A stretch of DNA of 64,000 nucleotides from NCBI GenBank assembly GCA_964402955.1, contig CAYOEZ010000001.1, positions 35,027 through 99,026 of the forward strand, given 5' to 3'. The notes beneath the pieces are model-generated. The model had not been told where the DNA came from. It made no database searches and saw only the letters and a program-made list of their open reading frames with translations. The DNA comes from an uncultured Ktedonobacterales bacterium. GTDB taxonomy: Bacteria > Chloroflexota > DTOL01 > DAOUCN01. A program made the translations under genes and the position numbers. This document shows positions 36,944-46,210 of the stretch, one piece after another (positions within the stretch are counted from its first letter, which is position 1; the number at the start of each line of letters is the position of its first letter).

Positions 36944-39730
36944 AATATGAGCGATGCAAGGGGGGTTCACATGGCACTTACTGCCGACTCAAGGCTTGAA
37001 GACCTGCTGGCGACGACAAGAGGTAGAGCGATCTTGGCCAGACACCTGCCGGGTATCCTTGAAGATCCCAACTTGGCCAGTGTTAGGCGAATGACCTTAA
37101 AGATCTTTGCTGCCCATCGCCCGGTCCTGGCAGCGGAGAAACTGAAAGCGATTCTCGACGACCTGCGCCGGCCGGTTGGAGAGGTCATGCCGGCCGTTCT
37201 GGCCAACAAATCCCTGGACGAGATAGACAACGCTAGTTACCGAGCCGCTCCCGGGCCGATGGCTGGCGAGCCCGAGCCGATCGAACTGCGGGAGGGCATA
37301 GTCGACCACCCTGATGGGCTGGCCGCCCTGTCCCTAGACGGGGCATGGCTGATGGCTGCTGGGGGGGGCGAGGATGCCAGGCTTGCCGGTGTCTGGCCAG
37401 ATGCGATCGCGGCGCGGGTCCCCGGTAGCGTTCACACGGCTCTCGTCGAGGCTGGCGTGATCCCAGACCCCACGTTCGGAGTCAACCAGAAGATCGCCCG
37501 ACGTGAAAGCTACAAGACATGGTGGCTGAAGCGTACCTTCCGGCGCCCGCAGCACAGCCAAGGCGAGAAGCTCATCTTCGGGGGCGTGTGCAATAGATGC
37601 ACGGTGTGGCTCAATGGGTATGAGCTTGGCCGGCACGAGGGGATGTTCGGCGGCCCCAGTTTTGACGTGGCCGATATGCTGCGCGAGGAAAACTCCCTCG
37701 TCCTGCGCCTGGATCCTACCCCCTTCGAGGGGCGTGACCTGACAGAGCATCATACCAATCCCGAGAACAACTTCAGTTGGCGGCGGACCGTCGTGTTCAA
37801 CAATGTCTACGGCTGGCATTACTCGAATCTTCCCTCTTTGGGCATCTGGCGGCCGGTGAAGATCGAGGGAGCAACTGCGGTGTCGATCCGGGACCCATTT
37901 GCCGCGACCAAAGATCCCAAGAAGGGCATCGTTGATCTGGCGTTACGCCTCGAGGGCCAGGTGGGCAACCTGGCAGGCACACTCCGGGGTAGCATCGAGC
38001 CGGAGAACTTCTCCGGCAGTTCGCACTACTTTGAGAAAGCAGTGCACGCAGACCAGGCCTCACTCGGTTTGCACCTGCGCTTTGTGGTACCTGATCCACA
38101 CCTGTGGTGGCCAGTGGACCTGGGCGCGCCAAACCTCTACAGGCTCAGGCTTTCCTTCACGCCTGCACATGGTGAACAGGTGGACTGCAAAGAGCTCACC
38201 TTCGGCATACGGACCATCGAGATGACCCCCTTGCCGGACGGGCCCAGGCCAGACAAGTACAATTGGACTTTCGTGATCAACGGCGACCCCCATTTCATCA
38301 AGGGGACCGGCTGGTGTACGATGGACCCGCTGATGGATTTCTCTCGGGAACGCTGCGACCGCTTCCTGACCCTGGCAGCCATGCAGCACGTGCAGATGCT
38401 GCGGGCATGGGGCAGCGGCATGCCGGAGACCGATGAGTTCTACGATCTTTGCAACCGCAAGGGCATCATGGTGTTACAGGAGTGGCCGACAGCCTGGGAC
38501 AGCCACCTGGACCAGCCCTACGAACTGCTCGAGCAGACGGTCCGCCTCAACACGCTACGCCTGCGCAACAACCCCTGCCTGGCGATGTGGGGTGCGGGCA
38601 ACGAGTCGTCCAACCCGTTTGGGGAAGCCATCGACATGATGGGGCGTTTGAGCATCGAACTGGACGGCACGCGCCCGTTCCACTGCGGTGAGCCCTGGGG
38701 TGGGAGCTTCCATGACTACGCTTGCTACTGGGGCAGGAGGCATCTTGACCACAACCTGAACATGACCGCCGACTTCTTCGGCGAGTTTGGCTTGGCTTCC
38801 ATGCCCATGTACGAGTCTGTGCAGCGCTACCTGCCGCACGACGAGAAGCAGCTTTGGCCACCGCCGCCCGACGGCAGCTTTGCCTATCACACGCCTATTT
38901 TCAACACCAGCGACGATGTGTCCCGGCTGACCCAATTAGCGCGCTACTTCATGCCCAAGGATTGCTCGATGGCGGAGTTTACAGTTGGGTCGCAGCTTGC
39001 GCAGGCCGTCGGGGTGCGCCATCCGCTGGAACTGGCGAGGACGCGTTGGCCGGAGTGCTCCGGCGCCCTATACTACAAAATGAACGACAACTTCCCTGCG
39101 GCGTCCTGGTCCTGCGCTGACTGGTACGGTGCGCCCAAGATCGGCCACTACTTCTTCCAGGACGCCTTTGCTCCGCTCCATGCCTGTGTCATCTTCTCGA
39201 CGGTGAACATGGGCGGGACTCCAGCCGAGCTGCCCGTCTTCCTACTAGACGATGCGGATGCTCTCCAGAACTCACCCTGGCAGGTGGTCGTGCGGGCCTT
39301 CGACAGCCAACTCAAGCTGATCAAGCGCGCCGACTACAGCGGCCAGGGTGCGACAGGCAGCCCGTTGCGGCTGGGCAGCTTCGACTTGACATACCAGGAA
39401 ACGGACAGCACGCCTCTGCTAATCGTGGCCGAAGTCAGCAAAGGCGGCCTGCTCGCTGATCGCACGTTCTACTGGACCAACTACGAGTCAGATAAGGGCT
39501 GCCTCTTCCGGCTGCCCAGGACCCGACTGTCGTTTACGGTGAAGGGCCCGGAGATCACCGTCAAGAACGTGGGCGAGCTTCCGGCAGTTGCTGTCAACGT
39601 GGCGCAGCCCGGGCATCTCGACACTTTCCTGGTTTCCGACAACTACTTCTGGTTGGATGCGGGCGAAGAGAAGACCGTCGCAGCCAGCAGCCCAGATGTC
39701 CTGACGGTGAGCGCTTGGAACGCCGCGTAA
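36941..39730 (+). CDS. glycoside hydrolase family 2 (beta-mannosidase/exo-glucosaminidase-like)
   Basis: Contains VPGSVHTALVEAGVIPDPTFGVNQ..., an acid/base block NNPCLAMWGAGNES and a nucleophile region FFGEFGLASMP. About 130 aa of N-terminal extension are of unknown type. The ATG at 36941 was chosen just after the PrpD stop. Confidence 0.8.
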   Translation: MNMSDARGVHMALTADSRLEDLLATTRGRAILARHLPGILEDPNLASVRRMTLKIFAAHRPVLAAEKLKAILDDLRRPVGEVMPAVLANKSLDEIDNASYRAAPGPMAGEPEPIELREGIVDHPDGLAALSLDGAWLMAAGGGEDARLAGVWPDAIAARVPGSVHTALVEAGVIPDPTFGVNQKIARRESYKTWWLKRTFRRPQHSQGEKLIFGGVCNRCTVWLNGYELGRHEGMFGGPSFDVADMLREENSLVLRLDPTPFEGRDLTEHHTNPENNFSWRRTVVFNNVYGWHYSNLPSLGIWRPVKIEGATAVSIRDPFAATKDPKKGIVDLALRLEGQVGNLAGTLRGSIEPENFSGSSHYFEKAVHADQASLGLHLRFVVPDPHLWWPVDLGAPNLYRLRLSFTPAHGEQVDCKELTFGIRTIEMTPLPDGPRPDKYNWTFVINGDPHFIKGTGWCTMDPLMDFSRERCDRFLTLAAMQHVQMLRAWGSGMPETDEFYDLCNRKGIMVLQEWPTAWDSHLDQPYELLEQTVRLNTLRLRNNPCLAMWGAGNESSNPFGEAIDMMGRLSIELDGTRPFHCGEPWGGSFHDYACYWGRRHLDHNLNMTADFFGEFGLASMPMYESVQRYLPHDEKQLWPPPPDGSFAYHTPIFNTSDDVSRLTQLARYFMPKDCSMAEFTVGSQLAQAVGVRHPLELARTRWPECSGALYYKMNDNFPAASWSCADWYGAPKIGHYFFQDAFAPLHACVIFSTVNMGGTPAELPVFLLDDADALQNSPWQVVVRAFDSQLKLIKRADYSGQGATGSPLRLGSFDLTYQETDSTPLLIVAEVSKGGLLADRTFYWTNYESDKGCLFRLPRTRLSFTVKGPEITVKNVGELPAVAVNVAQPGHLDTFLVSDNYFWLDAGEEKTVAASSPDVLTVSAWNAA

Positions 39731-39844
39731 TGGAGGATCAGTCCTGCTTGTGCAGCGATCAAAGATCAGTCTCACGCAGGAGGCATGTACGTCATGGGGA
39801 AGAAGGCAGAAAGGCTTGAGTGATTCCAAGACCGTGCTCTGAGC

Positions 39845-40051
39845 ATGTATATCTTCTGGAACATGGACTGCCAGCTCGGGATGGTCAACAGCCATTCCAT
39901 GGTGGGCGCCTCCCGGGATTACCTGCACCGCTATATCAGCGAGCTGCCCAAGACCTTCAATCCCAAGCGCTTCCACGCCGAATGGTACGTTCGCCTGGCC
40001 AAGGTCGCGGGCGTCAAGTACCTCACCTTCACGGCAGACATTTCAAGATAG
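39845..40051 (+). pseudogene. alpha-L-fucosidase (GH29)-like N-terminal fragment, truncated at the MITE
   Basis: FNPKRFHAEWYVRLAKVAGVKYLTFT resembles the GH29 block FNP..FDA..W..LAK.AGAKY.V.T.KHHDGF. The frame terminates inside the inverted-repeat element. Confidence 0.4.
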
Positions 40052-40214
40052 TCGCAGCCTGACGACCACGGAACACACAGAACACACGGAAAGGCCCTGG
40101 GCGGGCTTGCCGGGGCAATTCGGCGCAGACTAGACCCTAATGCGCTCAGCCGCAGCTTTTTTCTGTGTGTTCCGTGTGTTCTGTGGTTCACATAACGTTA
40201 TCTTGAATTGTCTG
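40035..40214. mobile_element. 180-bp MITE-like element with 16-bp terminal inverted repeats and 9-bp direct flanks
   Basis: The terminal inverted repeats cagacatttcaagata (40035-40050) and tatcttgaattgtctg (40199-40214) are complementary at 15 of 16 positions. Identical CCTTCACGG flanks lie at 40026-40034 and 40215-40223. Internal arms at 40066-40091 and 40161-40186 pair at 23 of 26 positions. Confidence 0.65.
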
Positions 40215-40216
40215 CC

Positions 40217-40363
40217 TTCACGGACGAGGAGTTGCGAGAGAAGTTCCTGCGCTGGGCAGCGACGCGCATCAAGGAGGCCCAGGCTCGGCGCATCGTCGAA
40301 TTGACCGGTTGTCTAGAGGAACTGGAGGATGTGGGCGAGTTGGTCGGTTTGCTCGCAGCCTGA
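40217..40363 (+). pseudogene. orphan 3' fragment of a PrpD-family gene (within repeat copy 2, 40215-40370)
   Basis: Encodes FTDEELREKFLRWAATRIKEAQARRIVELTGCLEELEDVGELVGLLAA-stop. This is nearly identical to the last 48 aa of the 35572-36936 product but has no upstream coding sequence. Confidence 0.8.
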
Positions 40364-40378
40364 GTCTATGGAGGGCAC

Positions 40379-41536
40379 GTGAACAATCGGGAACGCATGT
40401 TGGCGACCCTGGCGGGGGAGATCCTGGACTACGTCCCGGCCTGGCCCTTTGGCTTCTTCAACGCCGCCACAATTCGCCGCCTGGTGCCGGCCGAGTACCT
40501 GGTGCCCGATCTGGGAACCTGGCCTGAGGACGGCGCCTATGGCTTTGCCGCCCAGACGTCTGCTGAATTGGACAAGATCATCACCTACAACCGGTACATA
40601 GACCGCATCGCTACGGCGGCAGGCCGCGGCGCTAACCGCGCCTTTGGCCACGCCGGGCCGGGCGAGTTCAACGCGCGGGTAATAGAGAAGAACGATGACT
40701 ACCGCGTCATTCAATATGAGTCCGGCGCCAGGGCCAAGATCCAGTGGTCTCCCCACTTCTATCACCTCGTCGACATGCCGGTAAAGACGATGGAGGACGC
40801 CGAGGCGATCTGCCTGCCTGATCCGGAGCAACCGGAGCGCTGGATAGGTTACCGCCAGGAGGTGGCATACCTGAAGCAGCGCGGCGAGTACGTGATCGGC
40901 CACGTCAACGGCTTCTTTTCTGGCTGTCACTACTTCCTGCGCGATTACCAGGACCTGATGACGGACCTGATCCTGCAGCCCGAGTTGGTGGCGACTCTAG
41001 TGAAGAAGCTTGGTGACTGGAACCTGCGGGCAGCGCGTATGATGCTGGAGGCGGGGGTAGACTGCATCGGCTTCTGCGACGATCTGGGCTCCGGGGACAA
41101 CCTGCTTTTCCGACCTGAACTCTACCGGCGCTTCTTCTTCCCCTGGCACCGCGCCTTGTGCGATCTGGTCCATTCGTATGGCAAGCATGTGCACCTGCAT
41201 AGCCACGGCAACATAAACAGGATCCTGGATCTGGTCGTGGACAGCGGCATCGACATGCTTAACCCGCTGGACCCCGGCGAAGGGATGGATCTGGCGGCTA
41301 TCAAGGAGCATTACGGCCACCGCCTGACTTTGGTAGGGGGGATGGACGGGTACATCTTCAATCAGGAACTGGACGAGATAGAGGCCCGGCTGCGCCAGTC
41401 AGTGCAGGTAGGCGCCAGAGGCGGGCGCTTCATCCTGATGGACGCCAGCGGCATTCCGGATAGCATCAGCCGGGAGAAATTTGAGGCCTTCCTGGAGATC
41501 AGCCGGCGGGTGCGCGGGCAAACGCCGCGCCGCTAG
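40379..41536 (+). CDS. URO-D/MtaA-like family protein
   Basis: Contains HLHSHGNI, LVGGMDGYIF..ELDEIEARLRQSV and GGRFILMDASGI. GTG start, with an alternative ATG at 40397. Confidence 0.8.
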   Translation: MNNRERMLATLAGEILDYVPAWPFGFFNAATIRRLVPAEYLVPDLGTWPEDGAYGFAAQTSAELDKIITYNRYIDRIATAAGRGANRAFGHAGPGEFNARVIEKNDDYRVIQYESGARAKIQWSPHFYHLVDMPVKTMEDAEAICLPDPEQPERWIGYRQEVAYLKQRGEYVIGHVNGFFSGCHYFLRDYQDLMTDLILQPELVATLVKKLGDWNLRAARMMLEAGVDCIGFCDDLGSGDNLLFRPELYRRFFFPWHRALCDLVHSYGKHVHLHSHGNINRILDLVVDSGIDMLNPLDPGEGMDLAAIKEHYGHRLTLVGGMDGYIFNQELDEIEARLRQSVQVGARGGRFILMDASGIPDSISREKFEAFLEISRRVRGQTPRR

Positions 41537-41675
41537 CCACTTGCACCCACTGGGGGCCGGCCACAATTGAGATTGTATGCTTGGTCGGTTGTTGGGGCGG
41601 CTCGGCTGAGGCCGGGCTACCCGCTCCCGCGTACTTCTACCTTGACGCGGCGCCACACTTGCACAGGAGATAGAG

Positions 41676-43061
41676 ATGGCAACACACGACCGTGCCCAGG
41701 CTGGCGACAGTTCCAAGATCATCGAGCAACTGAGTGCATTCGTCGCCCATACCAGGCTCTCGGACTTGCCGCCGGCAGTGGTGACCCAGGCAGAGTGCAT
41801 TCTGCTGGACACGCTGGGGGCCATTCTTTCCGCCACAGCTCCGCGCTACGCGACAGGCCGCATCCTGCGCGAGTTCATTCTAGGGCAGGGCGGCACAGCG
41901 GAATGCACGCTCATCGGCACGTCCCATCGCACCTCATGTATCAATGCCGCTCTCTACAATGGGACGCTCGGCTACTCGTCCGACATCGAGAGCCATCATC
42001 CCGGCGCGATCATGCACGCCGCGGCCATCGTGGTGCCAAGCTCGTTAGCCATTGCTGAGCGCAACCACTGCAGCGGCGCAGAACTGCTGACCTCCATTAT
42101 CTTGGGCGTAGACATGGCCTGCCGCGTCAGCAATGCCATCGGCCCCACCACGCTCTATTATCGCGGGCAGCACCCCACCTGTGTGGGCGGCGGCTTCGGC
42201 TCAGCCACAGCTGCGGCCTACCTGCTGCACCTCGACGCGCTTGCCATTCGTCGCGTTTGGGGGCTGACGGGTACCCAGGCATCTGGCCTGCTGGCGTGGG
42301 AGACGGATGACACTGAGAACTCGCGACCTTTCAACCCTGGTATCGCCACCCGCAACGGCACGATGGCGGCAGTCCTGGCATCATACGGATTCGGCGGGCC
42401 GCCAGATATCTTTGAAGGCAAGTTCAACATCATGGCCGCTTTCGGCGATCCGCCCGACCTGAGCCAACTGACCGATGGCTTGGGTCAGCGTTTCCTGATC
42501 AACGAACTGGCCATCAAGCGTTATGCCTGCTGCGCCTTCCTTCATCCAGGACTCGACGGCCTCGAGGAGATCATGGCTGAGAACAGCCTGACGGCTGGCG
42601 AGATCACGGCCATGCGCTTGCGCTTCCCGCGCTCGGGCGTCAAGCTGATTGACAATAACCCGGTACGCTCGCACTGGCGCCAATATATCCTACCCATCTA
42701 TGCCCTGGAACGGAAAGTCGTCATTGACGATATCCTGACCGATCGGCGCGGCGAGCCTGCCATTGCTGCCTTGAGCAGCAAAGTGCAGGTGCCCGCTGAT
42801 GAAGGTTTGGACTCCGAGTTTCCGGCGCGCTACACCTCTATCATGGAGGTGGAGGCACGGGGCACAACGTTCAGCAAGAAAGTCGTCTATGCCAAGGGTT
42901 GCCCCGAGAACCCCCTGAGCGGTGAAGAGCTGGAGACGAAGTTCCGCGCCCTGGCGGGCAGCGTGGCCAGCAGCCAGCGCGTTGACCAGATCATCGAGAC
43001 AGTACATAGCATCAAGGCTGCTCCGACCACCGATGGACTGATGGCGCTATTGCGGGGGTGA
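41676..43061 (+). CDS. MmgE/PrpD-family protein (paralog 3)
   Basis: 461 aa. Contains LDTLGAI, NGTLGYSSDIES, HPTCVGG and YACCAFLHPG. Confidence 0.9.
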   Translation: MATHDRAQAGDSSKIIEQLSAFVAHTRLSDLPPAVVTQAECILLDTLGAILSATAPRYATGRILREFILGQGGTAECTLIGTSHRTSCINAALYNGTLGYSSDIESHHPGAIMHAAAIVVPSSLAIAERNHCSGAELLTSIILGVDMACRVSNAIGPTTLYYRGQHPTCVGGGFGSATAAAYLLHLDALAIRRVWGLTGTQASGLLAWETDDTENSRPFNPGIATRNGTMAAVLASYGFGGPPDIFEGKFNIMAAFGDPPDLSQLTDGLGQRFLINELAIKRYACCAFLHPGLDGLEEIMAENSLTAGEITAMRLRFPRSGVKLIDNNPVRSHWRQYILPIYALERKVVIDDILTDRRGEPAIAALSSKVQVPADEGLDSEFPARYTSIMEVEARGTTFSKKVVYAKGCPENPLSGEELETKFRALAGSVASSQRVDQIIETVHSIKAAPTTDGLMALLRG

Positions 43062-43071
43062 CACGCCGACT

Positions 43072-44271
43072 GTGATCCTATCCAAACGGCCAGGGCTGGT
43101 AGAGCGTTCTCACGAGGCGCGCGCCGGCGCCTTCTACTTCTCTTTCATGGCGGCCAATGGCGCCATTGGCGCATTCCTCTACCTGCTCTACCGGCAACAC
43201 GGGCTGGCGCCGTCGGAGATTGGCCTTGTCATTGCCATGACCCATGTCATGAACTTCGTCGTGTCGCCCACATGGGGAGCCGCCAGCGACGCCATGGAGC
43301 GCCGGCGAGGTCCATCGCTGTTGATGATCGCCTGCCTGGGAGCGGGGCCTGCTATCTTATTGGTGCAGGCGGCCTATGGCCTGCTCCCCATGGTTCTCGC
43401 TGTCGTAGTGTGGGGCTTCTTCGGTGGATCGATCATCTCGCTGGCCGACGCAGCCACCATGCGTATGCTGGACAACGACCGCAACGCTTATGGGCGCGTA
43501 CGCGTCTGGGGATCGTTGGGGGCCGTCATAGCCAGCCTGGTGGCCGGGCAATTGGGCAACCGCATGGGTATGGGCATCGTCTTTCCGTTTTATGCGCTGA
43601 TGATGCTGCTGTGTGCGCTACTAGCCCTGTCGTTCCCCCGCGCCCGCTATACAAGCAAGCGGAGCTTCACGTCCGCTATGCTGAAGCTGATGCGCCACCC
43701 GCGTGTCGTCTTCTTTCTGGGCGCGATTCTGCTCATCGGCGCCGGCTACATGAACTGGATCAGTACGTTCTCGCTTTACCTGAATGATCTGGGAGCAAGC
43801 CCGGGGCTGATCGGCGCTTTCTATGGCTTGAGTTCGGCTGTCCAGATACCGGTGCAGGCGACATCTGCAAAGTGGCTGGGAGCGCTTGGCGCCCGCCGCA
43901 GCCTGATTGTGGCCTTTGCTGTCTTTGTCGCCTTCTGGCTGGGTTGCAGCTTCCTCTCGTTCTCTGGGCCGCAACTGGCCATTCCACTGGCCCTCGTCCA
44001 CGGGTTGGCCTTTGGTGTCTATCAGGTAGCAGGGGTTGTCTACGTCAGTGAGGTCACGCCGGCGGAACATGCTGGACTCGCCCAGGGCGCCTATGGTAGT
44101 TTCAGTCGAGGGCTGGGGTCGATTCTTGGCTCGCTCACAGGCGGATTCCTGTTCCAGAGCATTGGCGGGGGTTCTGCCTACCGCATCTCCGCCTTGGTTG
44201 GGCTGCTGTCGCTGGCGTGCTTGTGGCTGATCCCGGTGTGGACCAGGCGCCGCGCCCAGGCTGAACGATAG
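43072..44271 (+). CDS. MFS transporter
   Basis: 399 aa with about 12 TM segments. GTG start 10 nt after the preceding stop. Confidence 0.85.
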   Translation: MILSKRPGLVERSHEARAGAFYFSFMAANGAIGAFLYLLYRQHGLAPSEIGLVIAMTHVMNFVVSPTWGAASDAMERRRGPSLLMIACLGAGPAILLVQAAYGLLPMVLAVVVWGFFGGSIISLADAATMRMLDNDRNAYGRVRVWGSLGAVIASLVAGQLGNRMGMGIVFPFYALMMLLCALLALSFPRARYTSKRSFTSAMLKLMRHPRVVFFLGAILLIGAGYMNWISTFSLYLNDLGASPGLIGAFYGLSSAVQIPVQATSAKWLGALGARRSLIVAFAVFVAFWLGCSFLSFSGPQLAIPLALVHGLAFGVYQVAGVVYVSEVTPAEHAGLAQGAYGSFSRGLGSILGSLTGGFLFQSIGGGSAYRISALVGLLSLACLWLIPVWTRRRAQAER

Positions 44272-44313
44272 GCAATCCCGTCAGCCCGCTCTGGGCTGGG
44301 CGAGGAGATTTAC

Positions 44314-44329
44314 AATACCAGATGGTATT
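44314..44329. promoter_or_regulatory. perfect palindrome AATACCA-GA-TGGTATT, candidate operator
   Basis: A 7-bp inverted repeat with a 2-nt centre lies in the 186-nt gap upstream of the TPP-enzyme gene and overlaps a TACAAT hexamer (44311-44316). Its GGTAT/ATACC half-sites are of the GntR GT-N-AC style. Confidence 0.35.
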
Positions 44330-44457
44330 CATCCTGAGTGCGTGACATGCCGTGGGGCGCGACCGCGGGCCTTTGCTGTGCCATTAGGCGGCTTGAGACT
44401 TGGCTCGGTGGCTCTGAGCAGCGGCGGCAGTGGTAGAGGCAGCAAGGAGGAACCTGC

Positions 44458-46182
44458 ATGAACGGAGCTGAGGTGCTTGTACATGAGCTTCTTCTATATG
44501 ACACAGACGTTGTTTTCGGTTTGCCGGGTGACACAAGCATCGACCTGTACGATGCCTTGCGAGCTACCGGTGGCCGGATTAAGCATATTGTAGCCCGCGA
44601 CGAACGGTCAGCCGCCTTTATGGCCGACGTCTACGCCCGCCTGACTGGAAAACCTGGCATCTGTGAAGGCCCAAGCGGCGGCGGCGCAACCTACATGCTG
44701 CCGGGCATTGTGGAAGCGCACGGATCATCGGTTGCCTTGATTGCCCTGACCACCGACAATCCGATCGACTATGAGGCGCAGGGCGCACTGACCGATCTCA
44801 ACCAGCCAGCGATCTTTTCCTCGGTCACCAAATGGGCAACACGTGTCCCGCGCGCCGACATGCTGCCCCGCTTTCTGCGCCGTGCATTTCGCCTGGCGAC
44901 GAGCGGCCGGCCAGGCGCCGTCCATCTCGCCTTGCCCAAGGATGTTCTGGGGCAGGACGTGTCTGAAGCGGCCGCCATCTACGCTGAAGAGGCCTGCGCG
45001 AGGTGGCCGGCTTACCGCACGCGGCCGGCGGCAGCGGATGTGGAGCGCCTGGCTCGCGGTTTGCTGGCCGCTGAGCGCCCAGTCATCATCGCAGGCGGCG
45101 GCGCCGTGTCCTCAGGCGCCTTCGCCGAGCTGCTCACCGTAGCGGAGCTGCTCAATGCGCCGGTTGCCACCACCATCAATGGAAAAGGCGCCATCGCCGA
45201 AACCCACTGCCTAAGTCTGGGCGTCATCGGCGGCAACGGCGGCCGGCCCTACGCCAATCAAGTAGTGCAAGAGGCAGATCTGGTTCTCTTCGTGGGCACG
45301 AAGGTCAGCTATGTGGACACCGACAACTGGCGGGCGCCCTCGCGGGCCAAGCCTCCGGTTGTCCTGCAGATCGATGTGGATCCTACCGAGATCGGCAATA
45401 ACTACCGGCTGACGGACGGCCTGTGCGGGGACGCGCAGTTGACTCTAGCTGACCTGGCGACCGCGCTGCGCCAGCTTCTGCCGGCCCCCATTGGCCGTGA
45501 CGCCTTGCTGGCCCGCATTGCCAGCCTGAAGGCGACGTGGCGCGCCGAGATTGCTGCTCTAGCCGCCCGCGCGTGCCAGCCGATCATGCCCCAGTGCGTG
45601 GTAGCAGAGTTGCAAGAGGCTCTGCCCGCTGAGACAGTTCTGGTCTGCGATCCGGGCACGCCGACGCCCTTCATGGCTGCGGAGTATGAGCTGCGTTGCC
45701 CGGGCCGCTGGATGATCTCGCCCCGGGCCCAGGGAGGTCTTGGCTATGCGATTCCCGGTGTAGTAGGAGCGCGTCTGGCCAGACCAGCCCAGCTTGTGGT
45801 GGGACTGTGCGGCGACGGCTCGTTTGCTATGTCGGCTGGCGACCTGGTAACCATCGCTCGCGTCGGCGGGCCAACCGTCCTCATCCTGTTCAACAATCGC
45901 AGCTATGGCTGGATCAAGGCGCTGCAGAAGCTCCAGGGTGGCGGACGGTACTTCTCGGTCGATCTGGACGAGCCGATAGACTATGTGCAGGTGGCGGCTG
46001 GCTTTGGCCTGCGCGGCAAGCGCGTGACATCCTCGCAAGAGATCGGCCCGGCCTTGCACGAGGCTCTTAGCTACGGCGGGCCCTACCTCATCGAGATTCC
46101 CACGGCTGGCGAGCATGATGTCATTCCTCCCGTCGCAGCGTGGCAGCGGGCGGTGGAAGGCGGCGTGGTCAACGGTGAATGA
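44458..46182 (+). CDS. thiamine pyrophosphate-dependent enzyme (acetolactate synthase large subunit/IolD-like family)
   Basis: N-terminal PYR domain GAEVLVHELL...VFGLPGD and TPP motif GDGSFAMSAGDL...ILFNNRSYG. Confidence 0.9.
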   Translation: MNGAEVLVHELLLYDTDVVFGLPGDTSIDLYDALRATGGRIKHIVARDERSAAFMADVYARLTGKPGICEGPSGGGATYMLPGIVEAHGSSVALIALTTDNPIDYEAQGALTDLNQPAIFSSVTKWATRVPRADMLPRFLRRAFRLATSGRPGAVHLALPKDVLGQDVSEAAAIYAEEACARWPAYRTRPAAADVERLARGLLAAERPVIIAGGGAVSSGAFAELLTVAELLNAPVATTINGKGAIAETHCLSLGVIGGNGGRPYANQVVQEADLVLFVGTKVSYVDTDNWRAPSRAKPPVVLQIDVDPTEIGNNYRLTDGLCGDAQLTLADLATALRQLLPAPIGRDALLARIASLKATWRAEIAALAARACQPIMPQCVVAELQEALPAETVLVCDPGTPTPFMAAEYELRCPGRWMISPRAQGGLGYAIPGVVGARLARPAQLVVGLCGDGSFAMSAGDLVTIARVGGPTVLILFNNRSYGWIKALQKLQGGGRYFSVDLDEPIDYVQVAAGFGLRGKRVTSSQEIGPALHEALSYGGPYLIEIPTAGEHDVIPPVAAWQRAVEGGVVNGE

Positions 46183-46210
46183 GGTGCAAGCAACATCGGG
46201 GGGTGCAGCA

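Noticed and set aside
40368-40382. Mini-ORF ATG GAG GGC ACG TGA at the end of repeat copy 2
   Set aside because: It is four codons long and is simply the duplicated junction sequence. The GTG at 40379 or the ATG at 40397 of the URO-D-like gene is the plausible start.
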